A DNA stretch of 64,000 nt from a virus (IMGVR_UViG_3300025389_000010:128001-192000); one strand, 5' to 3'. Positions 1 to 10,710 are shown, counted from the first letter of the stretch. Translations and numbers: made by a program. Notes: generated by a model not told the origin, from the letters alone.

Positions 1-1227
1 GCCAATAATTGGAATTTTATATAATCTTTTTGCTAAACCTGTAAGAATATCAAGTTTTTTAACGGTTCTTTCTTCCGGTGTTCCCCCACCAGCTTGATAA
101 TCAAGTATTCCGTTTAATACAGACACGCCAATCGATAATGGTCCGGTTATAATTGCAGCACCGGGAATAAGTTCCATAAAATTAAGAAGACCTGCAACCA
201 AATTTAAAGTTCCAGATACAGGATCATTGTTTTCAAAATCATTAATCGCAAAACCTAAACTTATAATACCACCAATAACAGGTATACTTTTCATTGCAGC
301 TGCGCCTACACCTTTAAATAGACTACCTGCTATTTTTGGTAATATTTTACCAAATAGTGTTTTTCCTACAATTTTTTCTTCACCGGCTACTGTAAATGTT
401 TTAAATAATCCTTCACTAAAAATTCCTTTAAGTGCTACTTCTAAAAAATCACCAATTGATGTTAAAACTTTTCCTGATAATTCACCAATTAACCCAACAC
501 CGGATAATTTTAATCCACCAAGTGTGAAAAATTTACCAATGTTTTCAACTATACCGTTAAATTTATCAAGAAAATCCAATTTAACACCTAACGTTTGTTC
601 CAACCAAGGTTTTATTTTATCTTTCCAAAATAAACCAATTAATAAAGATGCTGCTCCACCAACTAAAAGAAGTTTACCCAAAGTATCAAATATACCACCT
701 TTATTACTCGTGTTTTCAGATATGGCATCAAGAGTATCTGAAGAATGTTTAAGATATTTATCAAGTCTTTTGTTTGCTTCTTCTTGTCTATTGGTCGTTT
801 GCAGAATAATATCTTTTAAAAACACCGCTGATTTTGGAGAAAAATCTATAAAAGTTGTTTTTGGACCAAAGTTTTTTTGTTCTGCAATTTTATCATCAGT
901 TGAAAGATTTTTAGTTTTCTCTGGTAAAATACTACTAATAATAGTTTTTGCTATATCTACCGGTTTGTCTTTACCGCTTTCTAATGATTTTTTAATTTGT
1001 CCAGTTGTACGATCTAAACCTTGGCTTATAGCTTCTGCATATTTTTTAAATTGATCGCCTTGGTTTTTATTATAATCTTTTGATTGAGAAATACTACGTT
1101 TAAAATAATCTTTAAGGTTATTATCTAATTCCTTAAAATAACCCTTAAAATTATCATAAAATGATTTTGTCTCAGCATGTTGAGAATTTAATGTCTCTAA
1201 TGCTGCTTCAAAAGTTTGATCTGTCAT
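1..1227 (-). CDS. Tape-measure/baseplate-hub (gp29-like) protein, N-terminal part; runs off left edge
   Basis: My translation: ATG at 1227 (MTDQTFEAALETLNSQHAE...), open to position 1 (...TGLAKRLYKIPIIG). Gly/Ala/Ile-rich amphipathic segments; preceded by TAAGTA; directly downstream of hub genes. Not in the ORF track because it has no stop in the window. Confidence 0.6.
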   Translation of the reverse strand, partial: MTDQTFEAALETLNSQHAETKSFYDNFKGYFKELDNNLKDYFKRSISQSKDYNKNQGDQFKKYAEAISQGLDRTTGQIKKSLESGKDKPVDIAKTIISSILPEKTKNLSTDDKIAEQKNFGPKTTFIDFSPKSAVFLKDIILQTTNRQEEANKRLDKYLKHSSDTLDAISENTSNKGGIFDTLGKLLLVGGAASLLIGLFWKDKIKPWLEQTLGVKLDFLDKFNGIVENIGKFFTLGGLKLSGVGLIGELSGKVLTSIGDFLEVALKGIFSEGLFKTFTVAGEEKIVGKTLFGKILPKIAGSLFKGVGAAAMKSIPVIGGIISLGFAINDFENNDPVSGTLNLVAGLLNFMELIPGAAIITGPLSIGVSVLNGILDYQAGGGTPEERTVKKLDILTGLAKRLYKIPIIG

Positions 1228-1259
1228 ATATGATACTTATTGTACCATATTAGTTTTAA

Positions 1260-2069
1260 TCAACTTAAAAACAATATACTATCAACATTTACATTCTTAC
1301 TGTAATCACCAAACGTAACCTTTGTAATAGAATCTAAATCGTTTTTCCATTTAGATATTACTTCTAATACATTCTGAATCAAAGTGCTTGGTAACTTCTC
1401 CACAAGCTGTATTTTTTGATCAAAATTAAGATTTCCAAAATTAACATCATTATCATTGATAATGATTGATGAAATATACTTTGAAGTTTCTCCTATAAAA
1501 GCATTTGAAATAATTGTTTTGATATCTTCATTAGACTTGATATCTTCTGTTTTCTTTATGCTTTTAAGCTGCTCATCATACTCAATTTCATTTTTTACAG
1601 TAGGAAGTCTTAATATTACGTTTATCGAATAAGAATCATTTGATAAATTTACAATCTCTTCATTTGGTGTCTGATAAGATAAAAACTTTTGAACAATATC
1701 ATTAATGTTGATTTTGTTTGATATTTTCTTTTCATCATCAAAAATCACATTAATCTCACTAGAGATTTGTTGTCTTAATGAGAAGGCTACAGATGCCTTA
1801 TCCGCAAGCGTAAGGTCATCTATAATAGATGGATCTTCATTTACGATATTATTCTTTAATATTGAATAAAAAACCTTTATAAAGCTTGTATTGTAAACAG
1901 AGCTATCCATAGCTGCACTTAAAAGTTCTTTCTGTTGTTTGGCATCGATTGCCTTAAATGTAACTTCTGATGATCTTGATGGAACCCAAGCATTAACTTT
2001 AAAAGTATCAGTTGCAGTATTGAGCAAATCCAATGCATTATTGAAATCTAAAACGTTATTTTCTTCCAT
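1260..2069 (-). CDS. Baseplate hub subunit, gp26-like
   Basis: N-terminal VPSRSSEVTFKAIDAKQQKELL resembles the gp26 'LP...IKYR.F..KEEK.L' pattern; tail-module context. Confidence 0.55.
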   Translation of the reverse strand: MEENNVLDFNNALDLLNTATDTFKVNAWVPSRSSEVTFKAIDAKQQKELLSAAMDSSVYNTSFIKVFYSILKNNIVNEDPSIIDDLTLADKASVAFSLRQQISSEINVIFDDEKKISNKININDIVQKFLSYQTPNEEIVNLSNDSYSINVILRLPTVKNEIEYDEQLKSIKKTEDIKSNEDIKTIISNAFIGETSKYISSIIINDNDVNFGNLNFDQKIQLVEKLPSTLIQNVLEVISKWKNDLDSITKVTFGDYSKNVNVDSILFLS

Positions 2070-2075
2070 ATTCTA

Positions 2076-3068
2076 TTATTTAGGCAAATCATCATTAAAT
2101 TCAAATGCTAAATCTTTAACAGCTTGACTTGGTTCATTTGGATCAAAGTCATCTTGAATGTTATCAAAAGCACCAGAAGATGATTTATCCTCTCTTTTTT
2201 TCTGTTCTTCGAGAATTGATAAATACATTTTTCTTTCATTTGGTGACAATGACATTATATAATCACTGGATATGTTTGAAGATGAAAGTATAAAAACTTC
2301 ATAAAACAGTGATTTTATATCGTTTGAAAACAATATTTTTACATGTTCCAAAAAGCTTAAATTATAAAAATTAAACTTTTGTTCTTTGAAAAAACCAACA
2401 TCAAACAACTCCTCTGTCAGTAGTTTACCTAATGATTCTATTATTTTATTTTGTATCTTTGATTTTATTTGAAACGGTAATGTATTTAAAAGTTTATTTT
2501 TTTGTTTTGAATCAAATAATGAAAAATTAATAATCTTATCACTTATTTTTATCCAATCTATATACTCCTGTAAAGTTTCATCTAATAATTCATATTCAGA
2601 TTTTTGTTTTAAAAAAAGCTCATTGAAAAGATCTATTGATTTTAAAGAAGGCCAATTTAATTTTACTTCTATATTTTCATTTTTAATAATATTTTCATCA
2701 TTTTCAAAAAAATTTGAAGCTTCATAAAGTTTTAATAGATAAGAATTTAAATTAATTTTTATTTTTGTTTTTACTTTAGAATCATTTTCCATTACGAACT
2801 CCATCGTGTTACCAACACTTATTATTCGTAATTTTGTCAAAAACAAAACATATTCAACAATATTGATTTTTTTAAAATCTTCAAAATTATCAATACAATT
2901 TGTTAATAAACTTAACAAAAAATTGTTGTAATCAATATAAGATTCTTTTGTATTTGGGAAACTTAAATTGGCTTTTGCCAAATATATTTGTTCCTTCGTA
3001 TTGATTTCCCTATATTTTATTTTTATTTTAGTATAAGGTAAATCTAATGTATAATTAAAAAAACTCAC
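2076..3068 (-). CDS. Baseplate hub subunit gp26-like with C-terminal gp51-like segment
   Basis: N-term YTLDLPYTKIKIKYREINTKEQ (gp26-like); C-term IMSLSPNERKMYLSIL (gp51-like). Confidence 0.65.
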   Translation of the reverse strand: MSFFNYTLDLPYTKIKIKYREINTKEQIYLAKANLSFPNTKESYIDYNNFLLSLLTNCIDNFEDFKKINIVEYVLFLTKLRIISVGNTMEFVMENDSKVKTKIKINLNSYLLKLYEASNFFENDENIIKNENIEVKLNWPSLKSIDLFNELFLKQKSEYELLDETLQEYIDWIKISDKIINFSLFDSKQKNKLLNTLPFQIKSKIQNKIIESLGKLLTEELFDVGFFKEQKFNFYNLSFLEHVKILFSNDIKSLFYEVFILSSSNISSDYIMSLSPNERKMYLSILEEQKKREDKSSSGAFDNIQDDFDPNEPSQAVKDLAFEFNDDLPK

Positions 3069-3076
3069 TTAATATC

Positions 3077-3796
3077 TTATGGTAATGCTATAAGATTTCC
3101 ACTATTACCATCAGAAACCGCATAGCTATCATAAACAAATTTAACATTACTATATCTTAAACTTTCTTCAGCATAAGAATATGTTTCACTAGGTATATTA
3201 ATAGGTGCTGCATTATAAAAACGATAAATTTTTCTCACTTGCATTGGTATATTGGCACCCGCTTTTGAAAACATGACAACATCAATATATCTACATTTTA
3301 CATATTTTCTAGTATTTGGTTTTCTTGCAATTAAACCATAATAACCAACTGATAATACCCAAGGTCTTATGATAAAATCAAGAAATGATGCATTTGTTTC
3401 AAGCATTGTAATGCCTAGAGGTTCATATTTAGCTCTATTTGATGATGTTGCTGGTGGCAAATAACCGCCATAAGAAAGACCTTCATTACCTGCTATTATG
3501 TTTTCTGCCGGTAAATCGACCTGTCGTGCAAACACACAACCCATCATATTATCAGTTGATGTTTGGAGTTTACCATCTAATAAATAAGATGTAACATTTG
3601 AATTATATCCCCATTCAGATTCAGGTTCTTTGCTATTCAAATTACTTTGAATATTACCCATTAAAGCATCATTACCAATAATAGGCGTAAAATCAAAATA
3701 TACCAACCATTGACTTACAAGAGCAATGTTTGTAGGCCATTGGCCTAGTAAGTCTAAATAATAAGAATAAGGGCTTTTATCGCTAAATGCTGACAC
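3077..3796 (-). CDS. Tail-tube-fold protein (gp19/gp54-like paralog)
   Basis: FARQVDLP...ITMLET...RPW...YRFYNAAPINI..ETYSY...VKFVY pattern of the tube fold; adjacent to the tube gene. Confidence 0.6.
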   Translation of the reverse strand: MSAFSDKSPYSYYLDLLGQWPTNIALVSQWLVYFDFTPIIGNDALMGNIQSNLNSKEPESEWGYNSNVTSYLLDGKLQTSTDNMMGCVFARQVDLPAENIIAGNEGLSYGGYLPPATSSNRAKYEPLGITMLETNASFLDFIIRPWVLSVGYYGLIARKPNTRKYVKCRYIDVVMFSKAGANIPMQVRKIYRFYNAAPINIPSETYSYAEESLRYSNVKFVYDSYAVSDGNSGNLIALP

Positions 3797-3821
3797 AAGA
3801 ATACTTATTCTTCTTGTTCAA

Positions 3822-4364
3822 TTATCTCGCTAATCTCCAGTATTGATATGCAAGAGTTGCAGTTTGTTCAAGAACTTCACCAGCACTTGTAAGATTGACG
3901 GTTAAATCACCTACGTTTTGGCAGTATGCACCAAAAAGTGTATATGTTCTGATTGGTGTACCGTTCTTGTCAAGAAGTGATAAAACAACTTGATTTGATG
4001 CATCTTTACTTGGGATATTATAAGCACCAGTACTGTTTGAATCATTGAAAACAGTATTTGTCCAATCTTCAAACTTTCTACGAACAGAAAGGTTTGATGG
4101 AACACGGAATGTAATCTGCCAACCGCCACTATTGGGATAGTTAGCTGTACCGGGAACGTTGAACGTAAGACCCATAAATGGAACTGTTACGTTTGTAATT
4201 GCTCTTCCGGGCAATGTTGTTGATGTTACATAGAGTAATTCTTGTGTTGTGAATTTAACACCTCCGAGACTGATAACTCTGAAAAGATTTTGACGGGCAA
4301 AATCGTTTGTGATAGCAGCATCGTAGAAGTTTTCTATACCTTGTGTGTCGAATAGTCCAGCCAT
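3822..4364 (-). CDS. gp19: Tail tube protein
   Basis: FARQNLF, STTLPGR, VPFMG, WQITF, FEDW, LAYQYW motifs; immediately downstream of sheath. Confidence 0.85.
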   Translation of the reverse strand: MAGLFDTQGIENFYDAAITNDFARQNLFRVISLGGVKFTTQELLYVTSTTLPGRAITNVTVPFMGLTFNVPGTANYPNSGGWQITFRVPSNLSVRRKFEDWTNTVFNDSNSTGAYNIPSKDASNQVVLSLLDKNGTPIRTYTLFGAYCQNVGDLTVNLTSAGEVLEQTATLAYQYWRLAR

Positions 4365-4392
4365 AATGTTATATTAATATTTATCTTTAAGA

Positions 4393-6618
4393 TTAACCAA
4401 CTAATTCAGAAAAATTAATTCCTGTTCTTGTTGCAATGAAGTCAGCCAAGATGAATTCAGCGGCTCTTACTGGTTGAATGTAAATCGAAATTCTGAGTTC
4501 ATTATTATCGATTACATCTGGTGTATTGTTTGATTCATCACAAACTAAAAGATAATCATAAAGACCATCATTTAATTTTGCTTGATCGAACATTGGAACC
4601 AATGCACCCTTGAGTCTGTTTCTTGTAGCAAACGTATTGGGTTCAAACACGAAATACTTGAGAAGTGCTTGTGTTTCTTTTTCGAGTGTAAGGAAGAGTC
4701 TACGAACATTAATTCTATCAAATGCAGAAGGCTGCTTGAGAAGAGTCTTTTGACCGTAAATTACAAATCCATCGCTTGAGAAGAATGCAATTGGATTAAT
4801 GTTTATCTTATACAACAGATCTCTTTGCTTTTGATTTGGATTAAGAGCAATGTCTGTTACGTTAGTAAGTTTACCTCTGTTAAAACCAGCTGGTGCAATC
4901 CAAGGGAAAGCCTGTTGTGATGTTTGTGCAATTACAGCAGCAGCATACCCTGAAGATGGAATCCAAACCTGCTTATCTGAATATTTGTCGTATGTTTTAA
5001 TCCAATTAGCATATGTTGTCACATAACTTGTGTTAACTTCACTATAAAGATTCTTTAAAGGCCACCATAATTGATCGGTAAATACAAAACCTTTATTTGA
5101 AGCGGTTTTTGCACTTTCACCTTGCACAAAAATATGTCTTAATGGATCAGATATAAAGAGATGATCTTTTTTGGTTTCTGATGCAAAAGTGGTAAATGAA
5201 TTTGTAATATCATACCAATAACTATATGTATTACCGGTAGGAGGTTGATCGGGTGTTGTTCCAAGTAAACCATCCAAGCTTACATTAAAATATTCATCAT
5301 AAATATAAGGTAGTGTTGTATCCTGACCAACAAGCTGACGATAATATGCAGCTGCATTTATTGTTGAAAGACCTGCATCAACAATAACGTCTACATTTAA
5401 ACTTTCATTTGCATTATCAAGTTTTGCTAATACAACATCCAACTTATCTTTAATTTGACCACAATCTTTTACAACCAAATCAGTATAAGAAGTATAAACA
5501 CCATTTGCATATGCTTGTTTGTAGTTAGGATCTATTCTTACTGTTTTAGTAACAGTACCATCATTAGCTAACCATCCACCAGATGTTGATATATTAGGAT
5601 TTGTTAAAACTAATAAGTTTTTTGAATTTTCATTTACGGTTGTATCTAAGAAGAAAGATTTTGCAGTGCCGCCTTGAGCGTTATTTTGTGTTCTCTTATA
5701 AAAGAGTGATCCAACGTGACCTTCAATTAAATTATAATTTAAAGTAATTGTATTTTGGCTATACTGTGATGCTTTTAAACTAAAGAGAACAACAACTAAG
5801 CTATCATTAAATGCTGAAGATGAAAAATCATAGCCAAGTGGATATTGTTCAATCGCCTTTGAAATACTAACACCTGCTGGATTATTGGCAGTTTGTGTTA
5901 ACTTAAAATTAAGACGAGATTCTGGTATTGTTAAAGGTGTTTGTGTAATATAATCATCATTTATACCAGTAACTGTATTAATAGCACTAACCACATCATA
6001 TGTGGTTGATGGATTGTAATTACTATTATCGGCTATTGCAATATAATAACCTTCAAAAAAACTGTTAATTGTAGATTTTGATTTATTAACAACTACAAGA
6101 CCTGCATTACCAATTGAGTTAAAATCAGTTACTGGTTGACCCGGAGTATCGTTCCACTGTACATCATTTTGTAAAAGTTGGAAATATTCATCATCACTAA
6201 GAACGAGTGAAACCGGTTCACCAAGCTCGTATGTGTTACCGTTCTGTGTTGAACCAACAGTTTCACCGTATCCTAAACCATCACCTGTGGCGATTGGATA
6301 TGCAAGAACACTATATGAATTAACAGGAGAATCACCAGTATTTGCACCATATGGCAATCTTACAATTTTAAGATTTGCCGGTGAAGATTTAAGAATTTGA
6401 CTTGCTGTATAATAAAGATATCTTTCAGCTGCATTTGTTGGTGTTCCGAAAACATTTTCATATTCACTAACACTTGAAATATCAACAAATTCATTTGTTG
6501 GACCTTGATCCGCAAATCCAATGGCGAGAACATCAGTTGCTCCGATAGGTCTAGCTATCAGGCTTTGATCGACTTCATTAATTTGAACTCCGGGTGATGC
6601 GATTGTTAAAGTAGACAT
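4393..6618 (-). CDS. gp18: Tail sheath protein
   Basis: SPGVQINEVD N-terminus, PWIAPAGFNRG, INPI, GQKTL, SAFDRINVRRLF, FEPN, IQPVRAAEFI. Confidence 0.95.
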   Translation of the reverse strand: MSTLTIASPGVQINEVDQSLIARPIGATDVLAIGFADQGPTNEFVDISSVSEYENVFGTPTNAAERYLYYTASQILKSSPANLKIVRLPYGANTGDSPVNSYSVLAYPIATGDGLGYGETVGSTQNGNTYELGEPVSLVLSDDEYFQLLQNDVQWNDTPGQPVTDFNSIGNAGLVVVNKSKSTINSFFEGYYIAIADNSNYNPSTTYDVVSAINTVTGINDDYITQTPLTIPESRLNFKLTQTANNPAGVSISKAIEQYPLGYDFSSSAFNDSLVVVLFSLKASQYSQNTITLNYNLIEGHVGSLFYKRTQNNAQGGTAKSFFLDTTVNENSKNLLVLTNPNISTSGGWLANDGTVTKTVRIDPNYKQAYANGVYTSYTDLVVKDCGQIKDKLDVVLAKLDNANESLNVDVIVDAGLSTINAAAYYRQLVGQDTTLPYIYDEYFNVSLDGLLGTTPDQPPTGNTYSYWYDITNSFTTFASETKKDHLFISDPLRHIFVQGESAKTASNKGFVFTDQLWWPLKNLYSEVNTSYVTTYANWIKTYDKYSDKQVWIPSSGYAAAVIAQTSQQAFPWIAPAGFNRGKLTNVTDIALNPNQKQRDLLYKININPIAFFSSDGFVIYGQKTLLKQPSAFDRINVRRLFLTLEKETQALLKYFVFEPNTFATRNRLKGALVPMFDQAKLNDGLYDYLLVCDESNNTPDVIDNNELRISIYIQPVRAAEFILADFIATRTGINFSELVG

Positions 6619-6673
6619 ATAACTATATTTATCTTTACTTTTACCACTTTTATAAAAATTGTTTTAGGTATTT

Positions 6674-6970
6674 ATGCAGATAAGTAATAATATGAGATTT
6701 GACGTATTAGTAGAAAGCCTTCTTAACGAAGCAAGTCGTTGTACTGGACCCACAAAAAAAGCACACTCCACAAGAAAAGGTAAAAAATGGATGAAATGTG
6801 TTAAAAATCCAAAAGGAAAAGGATATAAAAGAATTCATTGGGGACAAGCTGGTGTCCGTGTAACTGGTAAATCTGGAAATACAAAACGTAAGAAATCATT
6901 TAGAGCAAGACATAACTGTGCTCATGCCAAACCCGGCACACCACAATATCAAGCTTGCAAAGATTGGTAA
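6674..6970 (+). CDS. Conserved basic phage protein (KSFRARHNC...ACKDW family); likely start at 6692
   Basis: RIHWGQAG...RKKSFRARHNC...CKDW motif; TAAGTA precedes the second ATG. Confidence 0.6.
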   Translation: MQISNNMRFDVLVESLLNEASRCTGPTKKAHSTRKGKKWMKCVKNPKGKGYKRIHWGQAGVRVTGKSGNTKRKKSFRARHNCAHAKPGTPQYQACKDW

Positions 6971-6989
6971 TAACTAATAATATAAAAAC

Positions 6990-7406
6990 ATGAGCAAATT
7001 TAACGAAATATATAAAGAAGCTATTGGTGATCCTAGTCTGAATTATACAACCGATGTAAATAATTTAAAAAAACCACAGGCAGAAGAAGCAAAAGAAGCA
7101 ATTCGTAAATTAACATATGACGCAAAAGATCCTGTTAGTATTTTCAGTGCAATGGCTGATAAAAATCATCCAATAAATTATGAGAATTTACCTTCTGAAC
7201 AGAAAAAAATAATAGATGATGCTTTTAAAACTGCTAAAATTGTTCCGCAACAAACAACGCCAACGCAACAGCCTGTACCAAAAACACAAGACAATCAACA
7301 AAAACAAGGTGTACAACAAAATACAGCAAGTAATCAACAACCATCTTCTTCTTATCAAAATCCCCAATTACAGGGTGGACAGTTACAAGGATTGGGTACT
7401 AAATAA
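6990..7406 (+). CDS. Hypothetical protein with Gln-rich C-terminus
   Basis: ORF track; N-terminus MSKFNEIYKE. Confidence 0.55.
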   Translation: MSKFNEIYKEAIGDPSLNYTTDVNNLKKPQAEEAKEAIRKLTYDAKDPVSIFSAMADKNHPINYENLPSEQKKIIDDAFKTAKIVPQQTTPTQQPVPKTQDNQQKQGVQQNTASNQQPSSSYQNPQLQGGQLQGLGTK

Positions 7407-7412
7407 TATTTT

Positions 7413-8297
7413 ATGAGCAAAAAAATGCGCCCCAAAAAGGGTTCTGACAGAAAACAATCTGGCAGAATAAACCACGAAACGTCAACACCGTGCGAAGCTG
7501 GTAAACAAGAAGATAATTCTCCATATGTTTTTCAAAGAGATAAAATATCATTTGATTTAACAATTAAAGAACTTCCTTGGACAGAAAATCAAAAAAGAAT
7601 CATTGCACAATTCTTAGATAAAGAAACCAAAGTTCTTTTACTCAAAGGTCCAGCAGGTACATCAAAAACAACCCTTGCAATGTATTGTGGATTGACTCTT
7701 CTTAATAGAAAGAGAATTTCCGATATGGTTCTTGTAAGATCAGCAGTTGAATCATCTGATTCAAAACTTGGCTTTTTGCCGGGAACATTAGATGAAAAGA
7801 TCGCTGTTTATCTCACACCATTCCATGACAAGTTTGAAGAACTTCTTTGCAAGGCTCAATTGGACAGACTTCAAAAGGATAATCGGTTAACAATTTGTCC
7901 AATTAACTTCGCAAGAGGTCTTCATTTCTCTGCAAAGTTTGTTTGTGCTGATGAAGTTCAGAACTTCTCACGCAGAGAAATTCACACTCTCATGAGCCGT
8001 ATTGGTGAATTCTCAAAAGTTTTCCTTTGTGGTGATCCAGAACAGTCAGATCTTCCTTTGGGTAAATCTGGATTCAATAGAGTTTTTGAAATGTTTGATA
8101 ATGAAGAATCAAGAGCACAAGGTATTTTCTGTATGGAATTAGGTGAGGATGACATCGTTCGTTCCGAGCTTTGTAAGTTTATCACTCATAAATTTAAAGA
8201 ATTACAGCTTGCTGTTCAGCAAGAAGAAGCCAATAAAGCTCAACATCATAAGGAAAACAATCACAAGGAAACTTGGAAACCATCTGAAAATAAGTAA
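7413..8297 (+). CDS. phoH: PhoH-like ATPase
   Basis: GPAGTSKT Walker A, RSAVES, LGFLPG, RGLHF, DEVQN, SRIGEFSK, GDPEQSD. Confidence 0.93.
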   Translation: MSKKMRPKKGSDRKQSGRINHETSTPCEAGKQEDNSPYVFQRDKISFDLTIKELPWTENQKRIIAQFLDKETKVLLLKGPAGTSKTTLAMYCGLTLLNRKRISDMVLVRSAVESSDSKLGFLPGTLDEKIAVYLTPFHDKFEELLCKAQLDRLQKDNRLTICPINFARGLHFSAKFVCADEVQNFSRREIHTLMSRIGEFSKVFLCGDPEQSDLPLGKSGFNRVFEMFDNEESRAQGIFCMELGEDDIVRSELCKFITHKFKELQLAVQQEEANKAQHHKENNHKETWKPSENK

Positions 8298-8306
8298 GTA
8301 TATATT

Positions 8307-8489
8307 ATGAATAATAATCCACAATATCAAAATGTAAGCAACGTACAAATAGGATGCACATTCTGTGGTGCGAACGTACAAGGTAAAATAAACCAAGTTC
8401 AAAACCCAAAAACAAAAGAAATTGTAAAAGAATGTCGTTGGGTTTGTTCACGTTGTAACAATTTAGTTAAGATTGGAAATGTAAAGTAA
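8307..8489 (+). CDS. Small zinc-ribbon protein
   Basis: CTFC...CSRC; preceded by TAAGTA. Confidence 0.55.
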   Translation: MNNNPQYQNVSNVQIGCTFCGANVQGKINQVQNPKTKEIVKECRWVCSRCNNLVKIGNVK

Positions 8490-8984
8490 ATGGACTTTAA
8501 TAAGATAATTGAAGAAATCTACGATGGTGGTGGAGGCAATTATCCCGCATATAGCCAAGCACCAAGAAAGGACTTTGCACCTGTAACTCAATCAGGAAAT
8601 TATGCTTTCCCTTATCAGCAAGGCGGAAGCATCGGTGATGTAACAGAACCACCACCAGATGCTCCGATATCCTTTCCTTGGCCCATGCAAACAGTAACAA
8701 CTGATCTTGCTGATGGATTTGTTTTTATTTTGACTGCTGCAAATAAAATGTCAACAGCATTAGCAGGAAATCCAACTTTAAAGAAAGAACAAAAAGAAAA
8801 ATTAATAGAAATTTTTAAACACACAAAACAGACTTTGGATATGTTAAAAGATATCGGAACAGAGTTGGGAAAACTTAATTTAGCTGGTCCACAGCCCTCT
8901 CAAAATCCAGTACCAAGACCGGGAACCGACAAACCACAATCCGTCCCAAATTTACAGACGGGTGTGATGATAAAATTACCTTGA
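8490..8984 (+). CDS. Hypothetical protein
   Basis: ORF abuts the previous stop; N-terminus MDFNKIIEE. Confidence 0.55.
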   Translation: MDFNKIIEEIYDGGGGNYPAYSQAPRKDFAPVTQSGNYAFPYQQGGSIGDVTEPPPDAPISFPWPMQTVTTDLADGFVFILTAANKMSTALAGNPTLKKEQKEKLIEIFKHTKQTLDMLKDIGTELGKLNLAGPQPSQNPVPRPGTDKPQSVPNLQTGVMIKLP

Positions 8985-8990
8985 CAATAA

Positions 8991-9440
8991 TTGTATTATA
9001 ATCTACTATTTCCAGTAGTTATGGATAACATAAAAGAAATAATCAAATCAACGTTTATAGTTACATTGATATCAGCACTAGGTGCTTTGGCTGCTTACAT
9101 TTTTAATGTAAATTTTATAGCAACATTTTTAACATTATTTGTTGTTCAGTATATTCTTTTTTCATTTATTGGTGATATGATAAAAGGATTTTACGCTGAA
9201 AAAACCAAGCAGCTTGAATTGGAAAAGTTAGAACCTTTAAGTACCATTTTGGAATGTGCCTATTGTAATACCAAAAACATGATGGTGTTTATTCCAGATG
9301 AAAACGAAAGAATAGAATTTGATTGTTCATCATGCAAAAAGAAAAATTTAGTGAATATTCATTTTGTGGTTGCAAGAGTCACAGAACCTGTTACAGTACC
9401 TAGCACCAATGGAATACCACTACTCGAAGACAATGAATAA
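8991..9440 (+). CDS. Membrane protein with zinc ribbon; likely start at 9021
   Basis: Two hydrophobic helices, then CAYC and CSSC; TTGACA-17-TACTAT promoter upstream. Confidence 0.55.
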   Translation: MYYNLLFPVVMDNIKEIIKSTFIVTLISALGALAAYIFNVNFIATFLTLFVVQYILFSFIGDMIKGFYAEKTKQLELEKLEPLSTILECAYCNTKNMMVFIPDENERIEFDCSSCKKKNLVNIHFVVARVTEPVTVPSTNGIPLLEDNE

Positions 9441-9711
9441 GAACAAAAACTGGAAACTACTCCACGAAGAGACACTACAATGGGCTAGATGGATAGCCTT
9501 ATATGAAGCTGTACAATTCTGTGCAGAAAAAGCAGAAGATAAAGGTATACCTTTTGAAAAGGTTGATTTAAAACCTCTAAAGCTTTTAGAGTATATGGAC
9601 TCTGTTCAAGATATAATCATCAGGAAACTTCTTAAGCAAGAACACAATATTGAAGTTTGTTATTCAGAACCATTACCAAAAAACGAATACGCAATGACTA
9701 TTGATGATTAA
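9364..9711 (+). CDS. Hypothetical protein; likely start at 9433
   Basis: ORF track; ATGA overlap with the upstream stop. Confidence 0.5.
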   Translation: MWLQESQNLLQYLAPMEYHYSKTMNKNKNWKLLHEETLQWARWIALYEAVQFCAEKAEDKGIPFEKVDLKPLKLLEYMDSVQDIIIRKLLKQEHNIEVCYSEPLPKNEYAMTIDD

Positions 9712-10337
9712 TAGTCACCATAGATGCTTGTATTACTGCATGGATTTTCTTCTGGATAATTAAAGTTTGAATCAGCTGCTGCTTCAAGAATATCATTATC
9801 ATTGTTTGCAACATTGCCAATACCAGATCCCGGCGAACCATTCTCGAAAGAGTAATCGTATCTCTTGGCTTTAAAGAACCAAACATAGTGACCACCCAAA
9901 GCATTTAGTTGGAATTCATCTATGACTTCTGTAAACTCATAAACAGTTGGTCCTCTTTTTGGATAATTGATACGATCACTACCAAATTCAGTTAACATTA
10001 TTAAGTCTCCTGTTTTTGGTTCTGATTTTGGCCCATAAACTGCATTAAATGCTTTTGGATGAATAACACCGGTCATATCACTGTCTGCTACAATTCCAAA
10101 CTTTGAAAGTATATAAGAATCATTTGTAAGATTTAACAATAAAACCATTTTATTACCAGCACCAAAACCGGCATCAGGTTCTTCACCATAAAGAACATTC
10201 ATACCGGAAAGAGCAGATTGATTTGTATAATATGTTACTTCCTGTCCATAAATGTTTATTTGTTCATACCACCAATTGGAGAAATTGGCTCTTTCGTTAG
10301 CATTAAATTGTTTATTTAAAAATCTAAGCTTTTCCAT
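9708..10337 (-). CDS. Neck/head-completion protein, gp14-like
   Basis: EQINIYGQEVTYY, LYGEE, SKFGI, PKTGDLI, FQLNALGG..VW pattern. Confidence 0.7.
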   Translation of the reverse strand: MEKLRFLNKQFNANERANFSNWWYEQINIYGQEVTYYTNQSALSGMNVLYGEEPDAGFGAGNKMVLLLNLTNDSYILSKFGIVADSDMTGVIHPKAFNAVYGPKSEPKTGDLIMLTEFGSDRINYPKRGPTVYEFTEVIDEFQLNALGGHYVWFFKAKRYDYSFENGSPGSGIGNVANNDNDILEAAADSNFNYPEENPCSNTSIYGDY

Positions 10338-10710
10338 TTGGTTCTCCTTTAAACGCTAATATATAAACTTTTGGTGATACTAAGACTATATGAACACCAG
10401 TTTGCTTTATTGCCTTTGAATTTTCTTCTGGTGTTGGGCAAACATTATATGTTTTAATTATTTGCATGGCTTCGGGATGAGTCAATGCAACTTGTTTTTT
10501 TGAATTAAGACAAATTGTTATTTTAGGATGCTCATGTTTCTTTTTGGTGTGCATCTTTGCAACAACATATGATTTCTTTCTTTTTAAGTTAGTACCGACC
10601 AAAGCTCTTTGGTGATGAGCATCTCCTGTATTCATGCCCATTTTTGTTGCTTTCTTTTCACCAGAGCTTAATTCTAAAAACTCTCTTAAAAAATATTGTT
10701 TGAAATTCAC
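10324..10710 (-). CDS. Hypothetical basic protein
   Basis: ORF track; N-terminus NFKQYFLRE; TAAGTA upstream. Confidence 0.5.
   Translation of the reverse strand: MNFKQYFLREFLELSSGEKKATKMGMNTGDAHHQRALVGTNLKRKKSYVVAKMHTKKKHEHPKITICLNSKKQVALTHPEAMQIIKTYNVCPTPEENSKAIKQTGVHIVLVSPKVYILAFKGEPNGKA

Noticed and set aside
227-1054. 275-aa plus-strand ORF
   Set aside because: Shadow of the longer minus-strand gene (1227 to the left edge), which has a late motif and fits the tail module.
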